A DNA stretch of 64,000 nucleotides from Salpingoeca rosetta (GCA_033442325.1 JAWQFM010000008.1:989194-1053193); one strand, 5' to 3'; numbered from the stretch's first letter, positions 15,737 to 30,280 are shown. The notes: generated by a model not told the origin, from the sequence alone. Made by a program: numbers and translations.

Positions 15737-16451
15737 GGCGCCTGGTGTTGGTGCCGTGAACGACCGCCCACAACACCGACTTGGCACCAGAGAGTGCGAC
15801 GGAACAATGCCAACGTGAGAACAATGGACAGGAGAGGCAACACCACCACAACAGCAAAGGAACCCGAGAAAGAAGAGGAAAGTAAGAAGAGGAACAAGAC
15901 GAAAACCTAACGATGAGACCCCCCTTCACTGTGGGTGTGTGCTTCGCCTGCTTGCTGTGCGCACGTTGCCTGTGGACGGCACCCACACACACGAACGACC
16001 ACAACAATCAATACACAGCAGCCGGCTGGATTGGATGACACAGCACACAGCAGCACGCACAATCGCGTTGGCTGGCTGGCTGCTGGCGGGAAGACGAAAT
16101 ACGATGCGCGACACCACAAAAACACGAAAACTTGACAACAGCACATTCGCAAAGATTTTCTTTGTTTTTCGACGACCTCGCCAGCCACCTGCAGCAGAGT
16201 TTTGGAGGCAAACAGAAGGACAACAACGCGCACAAACACAACACAAAGCTGCATCATCCGTGCTCACACCCTGAATATCGGCATCGGCATCGTTGTGCGT
16301 GTGTGTGTGAGTGTGTGAGTGTGAGTGTGTGAGTGCCTTCAGCATACCTCTCTGTGGCGTTGACGTGGAAGCAGGAGGATTAACGGGACGAATTTGAACC
16401 GAGGACACGCACTCGCGTTTCTCACGTCACGCACTTGGGCAAAGAACGAAG

Positions 16452-17632
16452 ATGATGACGCGTAGTGCGTTGGGCACCGTGGCGCTGGCGCTTGTGGCGC
16501 TGCTGGTGGGCTCGCTCGCCATCAGCATGCCGTGCAGCGCTGCCGGCGCCGGCGATGTGTCTGCAACAAACAACCGTGCTAGCAGTGGCAAGGGCAGTGG
16601 CGAAAGCTCTGCGTCCCTGCTGGGCTTGCTGCTCACGCACAACCCAGCCGTGTCGTTTGCGGCGCTGCGCAAGTCTCAGAACGTGACCGCATGCGTGCTG
16701 GCCCTTTCCAATCCAAAGGTGCGTGCGTGCGTGCGTGCATGTGTGTGCATGTGTGTGTGTGTGTGTGTTTGTGAGAGTGGGTGTGAGAGTGAGTGAGAGA
16801 GAGAGCTTGTGTTGTTGTGTGCGTGTGTGCGTGTGTGTGATTTTTTTGTATGCATACACACCCTGAAACTTCTCCTTGGTGTTGCTTGCCACCTCTCCCT
16901 CTCCGCCTTCTGTTGTTGTCCGTCTCGCCACGCTCACATTTGCACACACACACACACACTCACATTTGCACACACACACGCTTGCATATGCACACACGGG
17001 CATACACCCTCGATCGCACGCCTACTTGAAATCCACAGTACTGGCCGAAGATGTTGACGGCGAGTGGGCTGTCCATCAACTCTCTCGGAGATTACGAGCA
17101 GTGCGTTCACAACTACAACATGGAGTACTGCGTGCTGGACGGCCACGCTCACCAGCTCGCCCAGGGCGTGTGCATGCCGCCGCAGTGCACGCAGCAGGAG
17201 CTGACCATGCTGCTGTATGCGCTCTTTGCCATGACCCCTGCTGAGCTGGGCGAGGTCTTGGACGAGGAGGTGCAGCCGCTGTGGGACGAGGCATGCAACC
17301 AGATCCAGGATCCGAAAGAACAAGAGGAGTGCGAGCAGGGCTACCAGACGTTTCGCGAGGATGTAATTGACTCGTATTCCATCCTGCGCTACTCCGAGCC
17401 CGAGATGAAGTGCGGAGAGCACAAGCAGACCACTGTCACCGCCGGCTTCGTGGTCATGCTCATCATCTGCTTGCTCATCATCATCCTCGCCACCATTCAG
17501 GCCTGCCGCGAAACAAGGGTGCTGCAGGTGAGCACCGTCCGGCTGAGAGTCGCTCTGCTGCTGGGTGTCTTTGTCGCGTGCTTGTGGTGTGCTCCTGCTG
17601 CCGCGCGCGCGCGTGTGTGTGTGTGCGTGTGT

Positions 17633-17698
<66 letters not shown>

Positions 17699-20600
17699 TA
17701 TGTCTTTTGTGCTGTGACGCGTTGTGCAGTGAGCGGTGCTTGCTTGGTATCTTCATTCTCATTCTCAATGCCATTGTCGTTCACCACGGCATTCGCCTTC
17801 CTTTCGCGTCGCGCAGGGGTTCACGGAAGAGGAGAAGCAGATGTTGATTGTCAGCAGCGTCAACACCGCGCCAGACTCCTTCGACGACGGTGCGTGGGTG
17901 TGCAGGACATGAGCGAGTATTGGTGATAAACGCCGCCTCTTTGTGACACCCCACTGGTCCCTCAAAACATGATTTCCCTCGTGTTCACACACGCACGCAC
18001 GCACGCACGCATGCACGCACCATCCACCACCCTTGTTTCAGGTTACAAGGAGTCGCCGCTGCTGTTCCGCGCGTTTTCGATCAAGGCGAACCTGAAGGAG
18101 CTGCTGTCATCGTCGCCAGCCCGCACTCTCAAGTCCCTCGATGGGCTCAGGGCCATCAGCATGTTTGGCATCATCCTCGGTACGCGTCCCTTGCTCACTT
18201 CCCTACAATTGATTTTGTGTGCGTGCGTGGTGTGTGTGTGTGTGTGTGTGTGTGTTGGCACAACTCCTGTCCCCACTGCCACATCGCACCACACCGCAAT
18301 ACATCACGCTGCCGCTTACACCATACCCTTCATCCGCCTCCACCTCGACCCGTCTGCCCCACCTTCTTCGCCAGGCCACACCATCAACTTCCAGCTGCCC
18401 GGCTTCGTCGGTGTGCAGAACCCGGAGGAAATCTCCAACGAGCTCAACACATGGAGCACGCAGTTCCTCATCAGGTGCGCATGCACGCGTGTAACGCGTC
18501 GGCTGTGACGTGAGCGATGTGTGGTGTCGTTCCGTAGGCGTTGGTGTTGAGCTTGGTGCTGTGTCACTGCTGCTCGAATCCCTGCACCACGTTCCTCACC
18601 GTCATCATAAAATGCTGTCATCATCACCAACCATTATCATCATCTTCTTCTTCTTCGACAGCCAAAACTTCTCCGTGGACACGTTCTTTGTGCTGTCGGG
18701 TCTGCTCACCGCATATGTGTTCATCCGCAAGTTCAACGCCGGAAGACGTGAGTGATACAAGTCGTCGTGGCCTGTATGCTTCACAGGAATGCTTCAGAGG
18801 GCGGATGGTGGTTGTTGCGGTTTGTAATGAAAGGGGGCTGGTTATGACATGTACATGTAGGCGAACAGCGTTCACACACACACACACACATACACACACA
18901 TGTTTGGGGTGGACTGCTGATGGCGCTCCTTCACGTCCCTTTGGTTTGCACATGCGTGTGCACACGCGCTTGCGTTCGCACGCACGTGCGTGCATATCTC
19001 ACTTCACGTTCTGTACGCATGCGGTTACCTGTGCCTGCAGGCATTCCCGTGTTCATGGGGATGGTGCTGCGCTATCTGCGCGTGACACCGCTCCTCGCCT
19101 TCATTGTCGGCGCATATGCGTGCTTCTTCAGATACTTTGGGCACGGTCCCCTCTGGTACAGGTAGGCAACCCACTCGTCCACGTTGTTTTGTGTTCGTGT
19201 TCATCTCCTGCGGTGGGGTGGCCCTTCCGCCCTCTGTGCTGCCCTGCACACACACACACACACACACATGTATGTAAATGTTCATGTGGGCCCACCCACA
19301 CACACACGCACACATACTCGCAAACACGACACACACACGCACATATACTCGCAAACACGACACACACATGCACACACACGCACACGCACACACACTTGCC
19401 GTCCTGCAACCTTCTACTCACGGCCCTGCGTTTGCCCTTCATCTTGTCGCTGTGAAGATTCCTGCAAGAGCTCGACAACTGCAAGACGGGCTGGTGGCAG
19501 CACCTGCTGTACATCAACAACTTCTACCCCGTCGACTACAAGGACCAGTGTGTGCCCTGGGCATGGTACCTCGCCGATGACATGCAGTTCTCAATCAGTG
19601 CGTTGTCCGCACTGCGTTTCATGAAGCGTTTGTTTTGTGGTTGCGTGCGCTTGCGTGTCGTTGTTCGTTGTGGCCTAGGTATGCCTGTGATGGTATGATC
19701 CATTGTTGCGGAAACCAAGCCGCTAACGTGTTTGCCCATGACTCACATGTTCACTCTCGTGCACACACGCATACTCATCCACACGCGCATTCAACCGCCA
19801 CCAGTTGGGTTGATGCTGCTTGGACTGTACCGCTATTCGAAGCGTGCCATGTACACGCTCACATGTACGTCAACACCTGTGTGTGTGTGTGTGCGCGCGC
19901 GCGTGTGTGTGTATCTGTGTCACTGCATCTGTGTGTGTGTGTGTGACTGCATCTGTGTGTGTGTGTGTGTGTCTGTGTCTATGCATGCACGTGCCTTCCT
20001 TTTCTTCCTTTTCTTCCTTGTGCTTGTTTGCTTTCGCTGCAGCTGCTTCCACGCGCTTACCTTCTTACCGCAACTTCTCGCCTTTCATTCACCCGCACCA
20101 ACTCCCCTGCTTCCCTTAACGCTTGCTTTCTCCCACCCCTTTCGCTTCTCGGCGGCCAGGGCTGCTTGTGCTGTGCGGGCCAATTGCAACGGGCCTTGTC
20201 ACCAGCCACTACAACGTTACGCTCACAGAAGGCGACTCGCAGAACCTCATCTACGACAAGCCGTACACGCGGTGCTCGGCCTATGCCATTGGGCTGCTGT
20301 GCGGGTGCATGCTGGCCAACCACACAGAGGCCTTCCGCCGCGTCTCGCCGCTGACAGGCATCACGTCGCTGTTTGTGTCTGTCGGAGGACTGCTGACGAT
20401 CATGTACATCACAGCAGCGTTCAACTGGAGCAGCAGTGCTCCAAACTGGACTGACACGGGCATGTTCGTCTACCAAGCCCTCTGGTGAGCGTTGATTGTG
20501 AAGGATGAGACAAGGGTGGCGTGTTGTGTTACTGGCCTGTGTGTGGTGTGGAGTGAACTGGACTGGACTAGACTTGGGGTGGGTGTGGAGGTGGGTGTCT

Positions 20601-21247
20601 TTTGGGCTGTCTAGGGCTGTTGCTGTAATGGTTGTTGCTGGTCTGTTCATGCATGAAGGCATGGATGGGGACGTGTGGGCATGCAGTGGGATGCGTGTAT
20701 ACTCTCCTTCGCTCGCTCACGTACGGCTGCCTTTCCTTTGTGCTTGATCTTTGTCGCCGCCAGCCGCCCGGCGTGGTCGGTCCTCCTCTGCACCCTCAGT
20801 GAGTCACTAACTAGTGCATGCATGTTGCGCTTGGCCCATGTTGCACCTCCACCCGCCCGCGTATGCATCACCTGCCCCCTTCTGTTGCTCTGCATCAACT
20901 CACCAGTACACACGCACACACACGCACACACACACACGCACACATGCACATGCATGCATACAGTTATCACGTGCGCGTCTGGGTACGGCTATGCGGTCAA
21001 TTGGCTGCTGACGCTGCCGTTCTGGGAGCCGCTTGCCCGCCTCACGTTTGCCGCCTATCTCATCCACCCCGCCCTCATCCGCATGGTGTACTACCAGCGC
21101 ACGCAGCTCTTCACGCTCAACCCGGTCGAGTACAGCACCTACTTTGTTGGCTTTCTCACTGCTGCGTATGTGGTTGCGAGCGTGCTGTTCATTGTGGTGG
21201 AGCAGCCCTCTGCCGTGTTCATCGGCGCTCTCAAGGGCGGCAGGTGA
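16452..21247 (+). CDS. NRF-6/OACYL-like membrane O-acyltransferase (NRF domain + acyltransferase-3 domain)
   Basis: Signal peptide, then SLGDYEQC...YC...GVCMPPQC (NRF domain). Acyltransferase-3 motifs [63 protein letters not shown] and [14 protein letters not shown]. Confidence 0.9.
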
Positions 21248-21935
21248 AGTCCCTCTCGAGCTAGTCTTGTTGCTGTCGTCGTCGTCGTCGTCGTCATTGT
21301 TGTTGTCGTCGTTATTTTTGTTGTCGGTGTTGTTGTGTTGTTTTCTGTTGGCTTAATTGCACGACGTTTTGTTTTTTGTTTGTTTTCTGTTGTTTTGTTT
21401 TGGCTCGTTCCGCCAGTGCGCGCCCGTGTTGCGTTTGGCAGCATGTCCTTGTTGACGTCACGCTCCTTGTCCTCCATAGTTTGTATCTTCCTCCATCTCC
21501 GTTTGAAACGAAGGCCACCTCATGAAAATCAAAACCAAAAAAAAAAATATGGCGTGCAGGAGATGCTGACAAATCACAATCCTGTGTGTGTCTGTCTGTG
21601 CGTCTCTGTGTGCGTGCGCGTGTGTCTGTGTGTGTGTTAGAGTTAGCGCAGCGTTGTCAGCCAAATCACAATCAAACAGAGCAACGCCCAACCAACAACA
21701 ACAATAACAAAAAAAAAAAAAAAGAATCAGACAATTGATATTGTGACAGCATTGTCGCCGCAACCTCAGGCCCTAGCTGCTCTTATTACTTTCCCAGCTA
21801 CATTGTACCCCCTTGCCCCCCCTCCTCGTCTCGCCTCGAACTGTTGCTCTGCTAGTGACTTTATTTGTACATGTTCATCAGCTCCGAGCGAAAAAGAGCC
21901 GTAACGACTACGCACACCACACAAACTGCATCACA

Positions 21936-22497
21936 TCACGCCTTCTTCACGTTTGTTGGGAGATTGATGTTGAGATTCGAGTTCCACATTCCCGCGCGCG
22001 TGTGATAATAGTGATAGAACTGGTGCTCCTTGATGCGATCTGCGTCATAGCCGTGCTCAAACACCCTGCAGGCGTTGTGTCCAGACATTGCAAGCACGGG
22101 GGGTGGTGATCGGTGGTGGCACATGGGATGCGTGTAAGAACAAGAGACATGGTTGCGTGCAAACCGTGCGAATGGCATGGACACCGCGCAGTTCCGGGCA
22201 AGCGTAGGCATGTGGGTGAAGCATATACACGGGGCGAACACGATGCGTGCGTTTCTTGCTCACCTGTCCAGCATCTCCCAGTCCTCGCCACCCCACCTGC
22301 AAGTCAGCGCAGAAACAGCGACCATCAACGCACGCGCAACTGCAAGATCCAACGCAAAGAACACGGACAAGGCACGCAGAACACACGAAGAGCACGACAA
22401 AAGGTCTCACAAGCAAAGAGACAGACAGACAGACAAAGAGCACGGCAAACAGACACAAAGCAGGAGCACACACGGACACACACACGGACACACACAC

Positions 22498-22562
<65 letters not shown>

Positions 22563-22975
22563 GCAGGAGCACGCACTTGTCCTTGTATTCCCTCGTGTTC
22601 ATCCCTCCAATAGCAACCCAATCAGCCTTGGTCATCGCAAACAGCCCGTAGCCAGGTACTGCACAACGTACAAAGGAGCAGGAGCAACGCACACACGGGA
22701 AGCCACGTCAGCACATGCACCACCAGCAAGCCACCACGCGACGAACAAGCCAAACCACAACCAACCCCAGATCAATGGAACACGCGCGCAGGGACGCAAC
22801 TAGCAGCCAACCCTCCCTCAAAACAACACGCCAACAAGGGCCGCTGACCTTCCCAGAATCCGCTCACATCACCCGGATGTGCACCGCAGCCAAGACGAAT
22901 CACGACGGGCACATACCTGGCGGTGTTGTGCATTGTGTGGTGTACGTGTGTGAGTGAGTAGGGTGTATGTGCGTA

Positions 22976-23007
<32 letters not shown>

Positions 23008-23357
23008 TGTGTGCCTTGCAGTTGAAGAAATCGAACGAGGAGCCACCAGCCACAACATCACGGCCATACCCGAGGTGGTTGCGGACAGAGTGTTTCCTGC
23101 AGTTCTCAATCACGGCCGGGGTTCTGCAAACAGAGAGAAGGGTGGAGTTGTGAGAGGAGGAGGGAGAAGGAACGGCTCAGGAGGACATGACACACACACA
23201 CACACACCAAAAAAAAAAATCATACGAAAACAAAAACATACAGCCCCACAAACAAATAGCCACCGAGGCACCCGGGCAGACAAGCAGACAGGCACAACAA
23301 GCACATACGCAGACACCCGCATAAAGGTATCAACACTCACGCACGCACACACGCACG

Positions 23358-23402
<45 letters not shown>

Positions 23403-23661
23403 ACGCACACACACGCAATGTGTCTCACATCTCGAGGTGGAGATCGCACGCAAAGACAACGGCATCGGGGTCTTTGACAGCATCAATTCCTTTCTGGACA
23501 CCTGCACATGATGATGATGACGATGATGATGATGATGATGACGAGACTTTGGGGTACAGCGCACACACCACCAGCAACAGCAATAACCAAAAACATTACA
23601 GCCGCAAACCAACCGAGTGCTCGCGAGAAGGAAGACTCCTGCGGGACATACACGAAGCTGA

Positions 23662-23737
<76 letters not shown>

Positions 23738-25735
23738 GCGGAGGGGATGGGCGGAGCGAGGCGACTGGCAGTGAGGGAAGTGTGTCCGATAAAGCCGTCT
23801 ACATACCAACATCCAAGCATACACACAAGGAAGCATGTACACGAGGAAGCGAACAACCGTGTCACCACCATCACCACCACCAGCAGCGCCAGCACCAGCA
23901 GCAGTAACAGCAAACGTACTCGATGCCGCTGATGTCCAGGAGTTGTTTGATGTTGGCGTCAGTGGACCCAAAGTCCACAATCACGAGCGTGATGCGCGCA
24001 TCGTGCATTACAGCAAGCAGACGCTGCATGTTCTGGTGAATGCAACAACCAAAAAAGAAAAAAAGAAAAAAGAAAAACGAGCGTCAATCTCGCGCGTGTG
24101 CATGTGTATGTGTAAATGTGTGTGTATGTGTGCATGTGCGAGTGGAGGGAATAGCGTGAGAATGACCGTGTTGTGGCTCCCAGCGAATGCAATTGACAAA
24201 CACGAGGCACAGAACGCCAAATTCTGGTCGCAGAGAGACGCAGGCAGCACCAACGCGACGACGACGACCTTGATGAGATGGATCACCCACGGTGCCTGGT
24301 TCTTCACGGGAATCACAATGTAGACCGTCGCATCCTGCACACAGACACACACACACACACACACACACAGTGGTGAGGTAGAGGACGGCACTTCCGTGGC
24401 GAGGCAGAGCGCGCGCGCACACACACACACACATACACACGCATACACACACACGCACACATACACACACGCACACACACACACACATACACACACGTGT
24501 GTGTGCATTGATGTGGATACACCAAACTCCACAAAGCTGCACCATACAGCTGCAGCGTGCGTTGTGCCCTCACTTTCTTCCACGTCCATCCCTCTGGGTA
24601 GCACAGCTCGTTGCGGTACGTCTGCACCACATAGCGCGAGACGCGGCGCGGCTGCAAGCGGAAGCGGAGAGATGGGTCGAGCGAGAGATTAGCACGTGTC
24701 CATGCGTGTGTGCGTGTGTGCATATGCGTGTGCGTGATGATGTGCGCGAGGTGTGTGGGTTCACAAAGGCCACAGAACAGAGGCTCGTGTGCGAAGAAGT
24801 GGTGCGCGTGGTTGCAGCGCAAGAGAGCGACCACGACAAACTCATGTGAAACACGACAACTCCCACGCAAAAACGCAACGCGTCGCACATCAGCACGGCT
24901 GTTCACCCCACCTCCGGCTGGTCGTCTGAGACGACGTCAACTTCGACCAGATATCTGGTGGAGTGTGCAATCACAGGAGGGGGCGTGATATGGAGTGAGC
25001 GGAGCCATGATGAGCAAGGTGAACCCTGCTGCACACTGATGACGCGCGAACACACGACACTGCGGACACAAGGCGTCATCGTGCAAAGCAGCCCCCCAGA
25101 CAAACGCGTGTTCAGGTGTGTGGCTCGACATACCTGATACCGTCGCGTGGACTGAGCGCTTTCTGCTCGGGCGAGGAGAAGGGGGGAGGGAGAGAGAGGC
25201 GACAGTGCAGGTGGAACAGGAAGAAGACGAATAGGGAGACAATGAGATTGGGAGGACCCCAACACGCGTCCACGCACGCATGTTCATACGCACACACAGA
25301 CACACAAGCAGCAGTACCAACAAACCTTTGCCTCAATCTGGTGAATGCGGTGAAGGCGAAACGTCGGCTTGTTGCTCGCGGAGCGGTGGGCGTTCAGTTT
25401 TGTCATGAATTTCTGCAGTGGGGGGAGGGGGGGCAGGCATGGCAGTGGGTGTGAGCAAAGAGGGGCAGGTGCAAGGAAGGAAGGAAGGAAGGAAGGAAGG
25501 AAGGAAGGAAGGGTTTCAAATCACTACAACATCGCCACCGCCATCCACAAGCACACAAACATGAAGCACCTGGGCGAGGGCGTTTGCTTCGACATCGGAG
25601 AGTTTCGGTTGCGGATCGCGATCGCCGGACGGCGGCGTGCCCTCACCGCGCTGGCGGTGATGATGACGACAATGGTGGTGGCGAGGAGACACGCGTCAGG
25701 CATATGTAGGCACACAGGGTTGCAACAAAGGTGGC

Positions 25736-25779
<44 letters not shown>

Positions 25780-25890
25780 CGCAAAACCACACAGACACAC
25801 AGACACAAAACCACACACACACACACATACAGCCACACAGGCACACACACACGCGCGAGCGCAAAACCACACAGACACGCAGACACAAAA

Positions 25891-25927
<37 letters not shown>

Positions 25928-26501
25928 GCCACACAGGCACACACATACACGCACACACGCATGCGCACAAGCGGCCTTACCGGCATCCTTGCGTCGTAAG
26001 TTGGGTAGAGGAGGGAGGTGCGGACAAGGTGTGTCTCCGCTGCCTCATAGCGCCGCAATTTGCGCTTGTGCACCCAAGACGGGGAGTACTCACACGCAGG
26101 CAGTGCCCCATCCGTGTCACCATCGCTCACATACGGGATCTGAAACGCAGCGGAGGGTTCGTGGAATGTGCAGTGAGAAAGGGTGTGTGTAGTGAGAGGG
26201 GGGGGGGGTGTGTGCGCGTGCGAAGAGCCGTATGCACGATCGGGCAACGGTGATGTGAATGACGATGAAGCGGGTGGAGCAATTGACATTGTGATATCCA
26301 CGCAAACAGAAACACACATACACACACACACCCGCTGAATGTTTCCAAGGTGGTAGGAATGAGGGCTCTCCTGGCGACGACGATGAGTGAAAAGCACAGC
26401 AATGCGTGCGTGAATCGGCAGGCAAATTTCAAGTGGTCGCGGTGGCAGCACGCGTTTGGTATCGTGTACACACACACTCACACACACACTCACACACACA
26501 C

Positions 26502-26535
<34 letters not shown>

Positions 26536-26540
26536 ACACA

Positions 26541-26582
<42 letters not shown>

Positions 26583-27089
26583 CTTGCACAACACGGCCCC
26601 CGCGTGCACGGGTCTCACCTCTGCCTCCTTGACAAGCTGCATCTCATCAAGGTAGTTGTCCTCGTGCGTGTGTTTCATGTCAAAGAGCGCAAGCGCATCG
26701 CCCTGCGCAACACCGTGTTGTGTCGAGGGTGACATGGTGAGACGGAACGAAACCGAAGGAAGAACCACACAGGTACACCTGTACGTGGAGATGCACCTGT
26801 GCACTTGGGTAGCACACACACACACACACACACACAACAGGCAGGCAGGCAGACAGACTCACACACACACATGTGTCAGAGCCCACCTGGATGATATTGA
26901 AGGGCCCGCCATCAAGGGACCACGCGACCTGCATGTGATCGGTGCTCTCGCCTTGCTTGTGCAGTACCTCAAACGCATACGGGGTGTTCCCGCGCAGTGA
27001 CAGCGGCTGGACGTATCGGTAAACACACACGCATACATGCGCACGCTGGATGAGTCAGAAGGGTGGCAGCTTGAGCGCATCATACACAG

Positions 27090-27159
<70 letters not shown>

Positions 27160-28489
27160 CCACAGCCGCAGCCACAGACACACAGCCACAGCCACAGACA
27201 CAGACACACACAGCGTTTCACCTTTGACTTTTGTGTGGCGAGGACATCAAACTTGTTTCTCGGGGTGGGCCGGTATGCAGAGGCAATGAGTTCGGCGTGG
27301 GCAAGGTCGCGGTCTGCGCTGAGACGCAGCTCAATCTGGTCGTCACCCGACACCGCAAATACATATGTGCCGTCGCGTGGCGGGATGATGAAGCCGAACA
27401 CGCGCGTGCCAAAGGACGCAGACCGCACCACGTGGTCGAGTCGCGTCAGCGCATCGAGGTGATTCGCCTGGGGTCGGTGGTAATGTGGATGCGTTGTCAC
27501 GTGCGTGAGTGCAAGGGTGTGAGGAAGATGAGAGATAGAGAGCACACGCAGAGAAGGCAATGAGAGAGAGAGAGAGAGCCCCAGGTGTGCGCGCAAGTAT
27601 GGTGTTGGTGTCGCATGCATGTGTTTCTGAAGGTGGCGCTCCACCGTCACGGACGAGTCGTGTTCGTGTTGTGGACGGGGCACAAGGAACTTACCCTTGC
27701 AGGGAAGTTTGGATGGTTCTTGAGGATGCTGATTTTGCTCCCACACACGTTGAACCAGTAGTGGGCGTTGGCCATCCCTCGGTGGGCAACATCTGTCACA
27801 TCGGCATCAGGCACTTGCTGCTGCTGCTGTTGCTGTTGCTGCTGCTGCGACTTTTGTTGTTGTTGTTGTTGTTGTTGTTGTTGCTGCTCTGGCCTGAGTG
27901 TGGTCTTATCTTTCTTATCTTTCTCGTTTCGGCCTGCTTCATTCGCCTTGTCTTCAGGAGCTGCTTCGCCTTGCTTCTTGTTCTTTTCAGGCTCTGGCTG
28001 CACGTCGTTCACGTTGCCCTGTTGCGCAACGATCTTCGAGGCCTGTGATGGCGGGCAGGTCGTGTGCGTGCATGGGCACAGGTCGACGTTGTGGATGGCC
28101 TGCACTTTGAGCTGCGCGATGCGGGACCAGCGCTGGAGCGTGTCCAGCTCCTCTGTAGTCAAAGAGAGGTCGTGCTTGTGCTGGAGGGTGTCCCGCGATA
28201 GCACTGCCAAGTCTGAGCTGTGCTGCAGCAGGCGGGCATTGTACAGCTGCTGCACGATGCGCGTCATGTCACCGGTGAAGCCCGGGTATGCGCGAACTTC
28301 TTCTAGGATGCCGATGAGGGCCAGCTCTGCGTCGTCCAACCGCCTCCGTGCGTCGCCACCCACGTGTCCTGAGGGCGGCTTGCTCACCCACAACAATGCC
28401 GTGAGCAGCAGGCCGCACAGCCCGACCGTGATCACGAGCGATGACCTCCGCCAACACGCAGCGCTGGGCTGCCTTGTTCGCAGCACCAT
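21936..28489 (-). CDS. Beta-1,4-N-acetylgalactosaminyltransferase 3/4-like type II membrane protein (PA14 + glycosyltransferase domain)
   Basis: N-terminal TM anchor and poly-Q stem. PA14 motifs [25 protein letters not shown] and [18 protein letters not shown]. Catalytic region [47 protein letters not shown]|[11 protein letters not shown] and FYHYYH. Confidence 0.82.
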
Positions 28490-28883
28490 CGTCAGAGATT
28501 GTCCAATGCCAGACCCCCTATGCTGTGTGTGTGTGTATTTGCAGTGTAGGTGTGGCAGTCGTGTCCCTCTGTCTGTGCGCAGCGGCTTGACCCCACGACG
28601 ACGACGAGAGCGTTGCGAGCATACACCTAAGCAACAGAACCACCAAACCGCGGTGAGCGACGTCCGCTCCAAAGTCCAGGTAGCGACAGCACTAATTGTA
28701 TCATTCATTAATTTTGCATGGAATCCTCCACACACCAACCAACAAGCCCACACGCCCCCTTCCAAAAACACAAGAAAGAAGGAGCGCGCACAAATCACAA
28801 CACACACACCTCCGCTTGCTCGCCTTGTACCTCCGACGCTCTTGTGCTTGTCTCGACCTTTTTCGACAGCCAGGCCAACGACC

Positions 28884-29252
28884 ATGTCTCAGGTGTGGCA
28901 CTGGTGTTGTTGTGAGAGAATGTGTTTGGTTTTTCCTTGTCGCTGTGGCTGTGTTGTTTGACCAGGTGCCATGGGTGTATTGGCGTGTGTTTTGCATTGT
29001 GGTTGAGGCGGTTGATCGATCGCATCACACGCAAACACACGCACACGTCCGGACACCAAAACGAGCGCACCTTGTGATTGTCGTGTCAGCGTTGCCACTC
29101 GCTGCCACTTGCTGCCACTTGCTACCACTTGTTGTCGTTCATGGTTGTTGTTCTGTGCCCTTGTTTGCTCGTGTTCGTGCTTCCGTCCCAAACTCGCCTG
29201 CGCTCGATCTATCCTCACCACACCACTACCGCCGCAACCCACAACACACAAT

Positions 29253-29284
<32 letters not shown>

Positions 29285-30280
29285 CGACGACGACGACGAC
29301 GACGCTCTACGCAGCAACCCCCTCCCTATTCTCCACAAGGCTACCCTCCACAGCAGGGGTACCCACAACAAGGCTACCCGCAGCAAGGCTACCCGCAGCA
29401 GCAGGGCTATCCCCAGCAGGGCTACCCACCGCAAGGCAGCAGCACACAGCATGTGCGTTCAAAGCATCGGCGAGCGTTTACATTGAGAGGCAGCCCGTAT
29501 CCTTGTGTTGTGTTGTGTGTGCTGATTGTTTTGGCGCACTCACACTGCCTATGCCTGTGACTCGTGTTGATCTTCTGTGTTTTGTGCAGGTGACGGTGAT
29601 CCATGAGCATCGTGGAACATATTGCGGGTGAGTGTGATCGCGCGTGCGTGAGTATGTGTGTGTATGTGTGTGTGTGTTTATGTGTGTGTGTGTGTTTTGT
29701 GTGTGCGTGCGTGTGTTTTTGTGTGCGTGCGTGCGTGTTTACATGCGTGTGTATGTGTGTGCGTGCGTGTTTACATGCGTGCGTTTGTGTTTGTGACTAC
29801 TTGTTCGCGGACAGGACATGAAAGTATGTTCGCTGCTGTCCAGTGGCTCACGTTGTCCTCTGCTGTGTTGATTGCCCTACTTTTTTTCTCTTTCTCTTCA
29901 ATTCTGACAGCCCCATCAGCCTTCTCATTGCCATCTGCTTCTTCCGTGAGTACCAATAGGCGTTGTTCCTGCTTGTTTCTGCACACGCGTGTGTGTGTGT
30001 GTGTGCATTTTTGTGTGCTAGCTCTTGTGTGCCTTTGTTTCTGTGCTTCCCTGCGTGCGCATGCTTGGGCGTGCATGTGCGCAGTCTCTGCCAGCACACA
30101 CACACACACACTGTCGTGCGCCACGTTGCTGCTGCGGCTCGCCCATCTGTTTTTCTCACCACGCCACCATCTTTCGCACACCACCTCTCGCGCCATCCTC
30201 CTTCCCCTTCCTCTTTGTTTGCATTGTGTTGTGCAGCGCTTGGACTTCTCATCTGCTTTTGCCCTGTGGACCCTGCATAA
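28884..30280 (+). CDS. Small BRI3-like membrane protein (~87 aa, 5 exons) with PPPY motif and GYPQQ repeats
   Basis: Spliced reading MSQ|[14 protein letters not shown](GYPQQ)n...H|[13 protein letters not shown]|[11 protein letters not shown]|[14 protein letters not shown], with phase-consistent GT-AG introns. The hydrophobic segment resembles the BRI3 LAIxxFPxGxxCC pattern. Confidence 0.7.

Noticed and set aside
27768-28961. Poly-Cys ORF on the plus strand (also poly-Cys/Leu/Gln ORFs at 44232-44762)
   Set aside because: The first is the antisense reading of a poly-Gln exon. The others are translations of an intronic triplet repeat.
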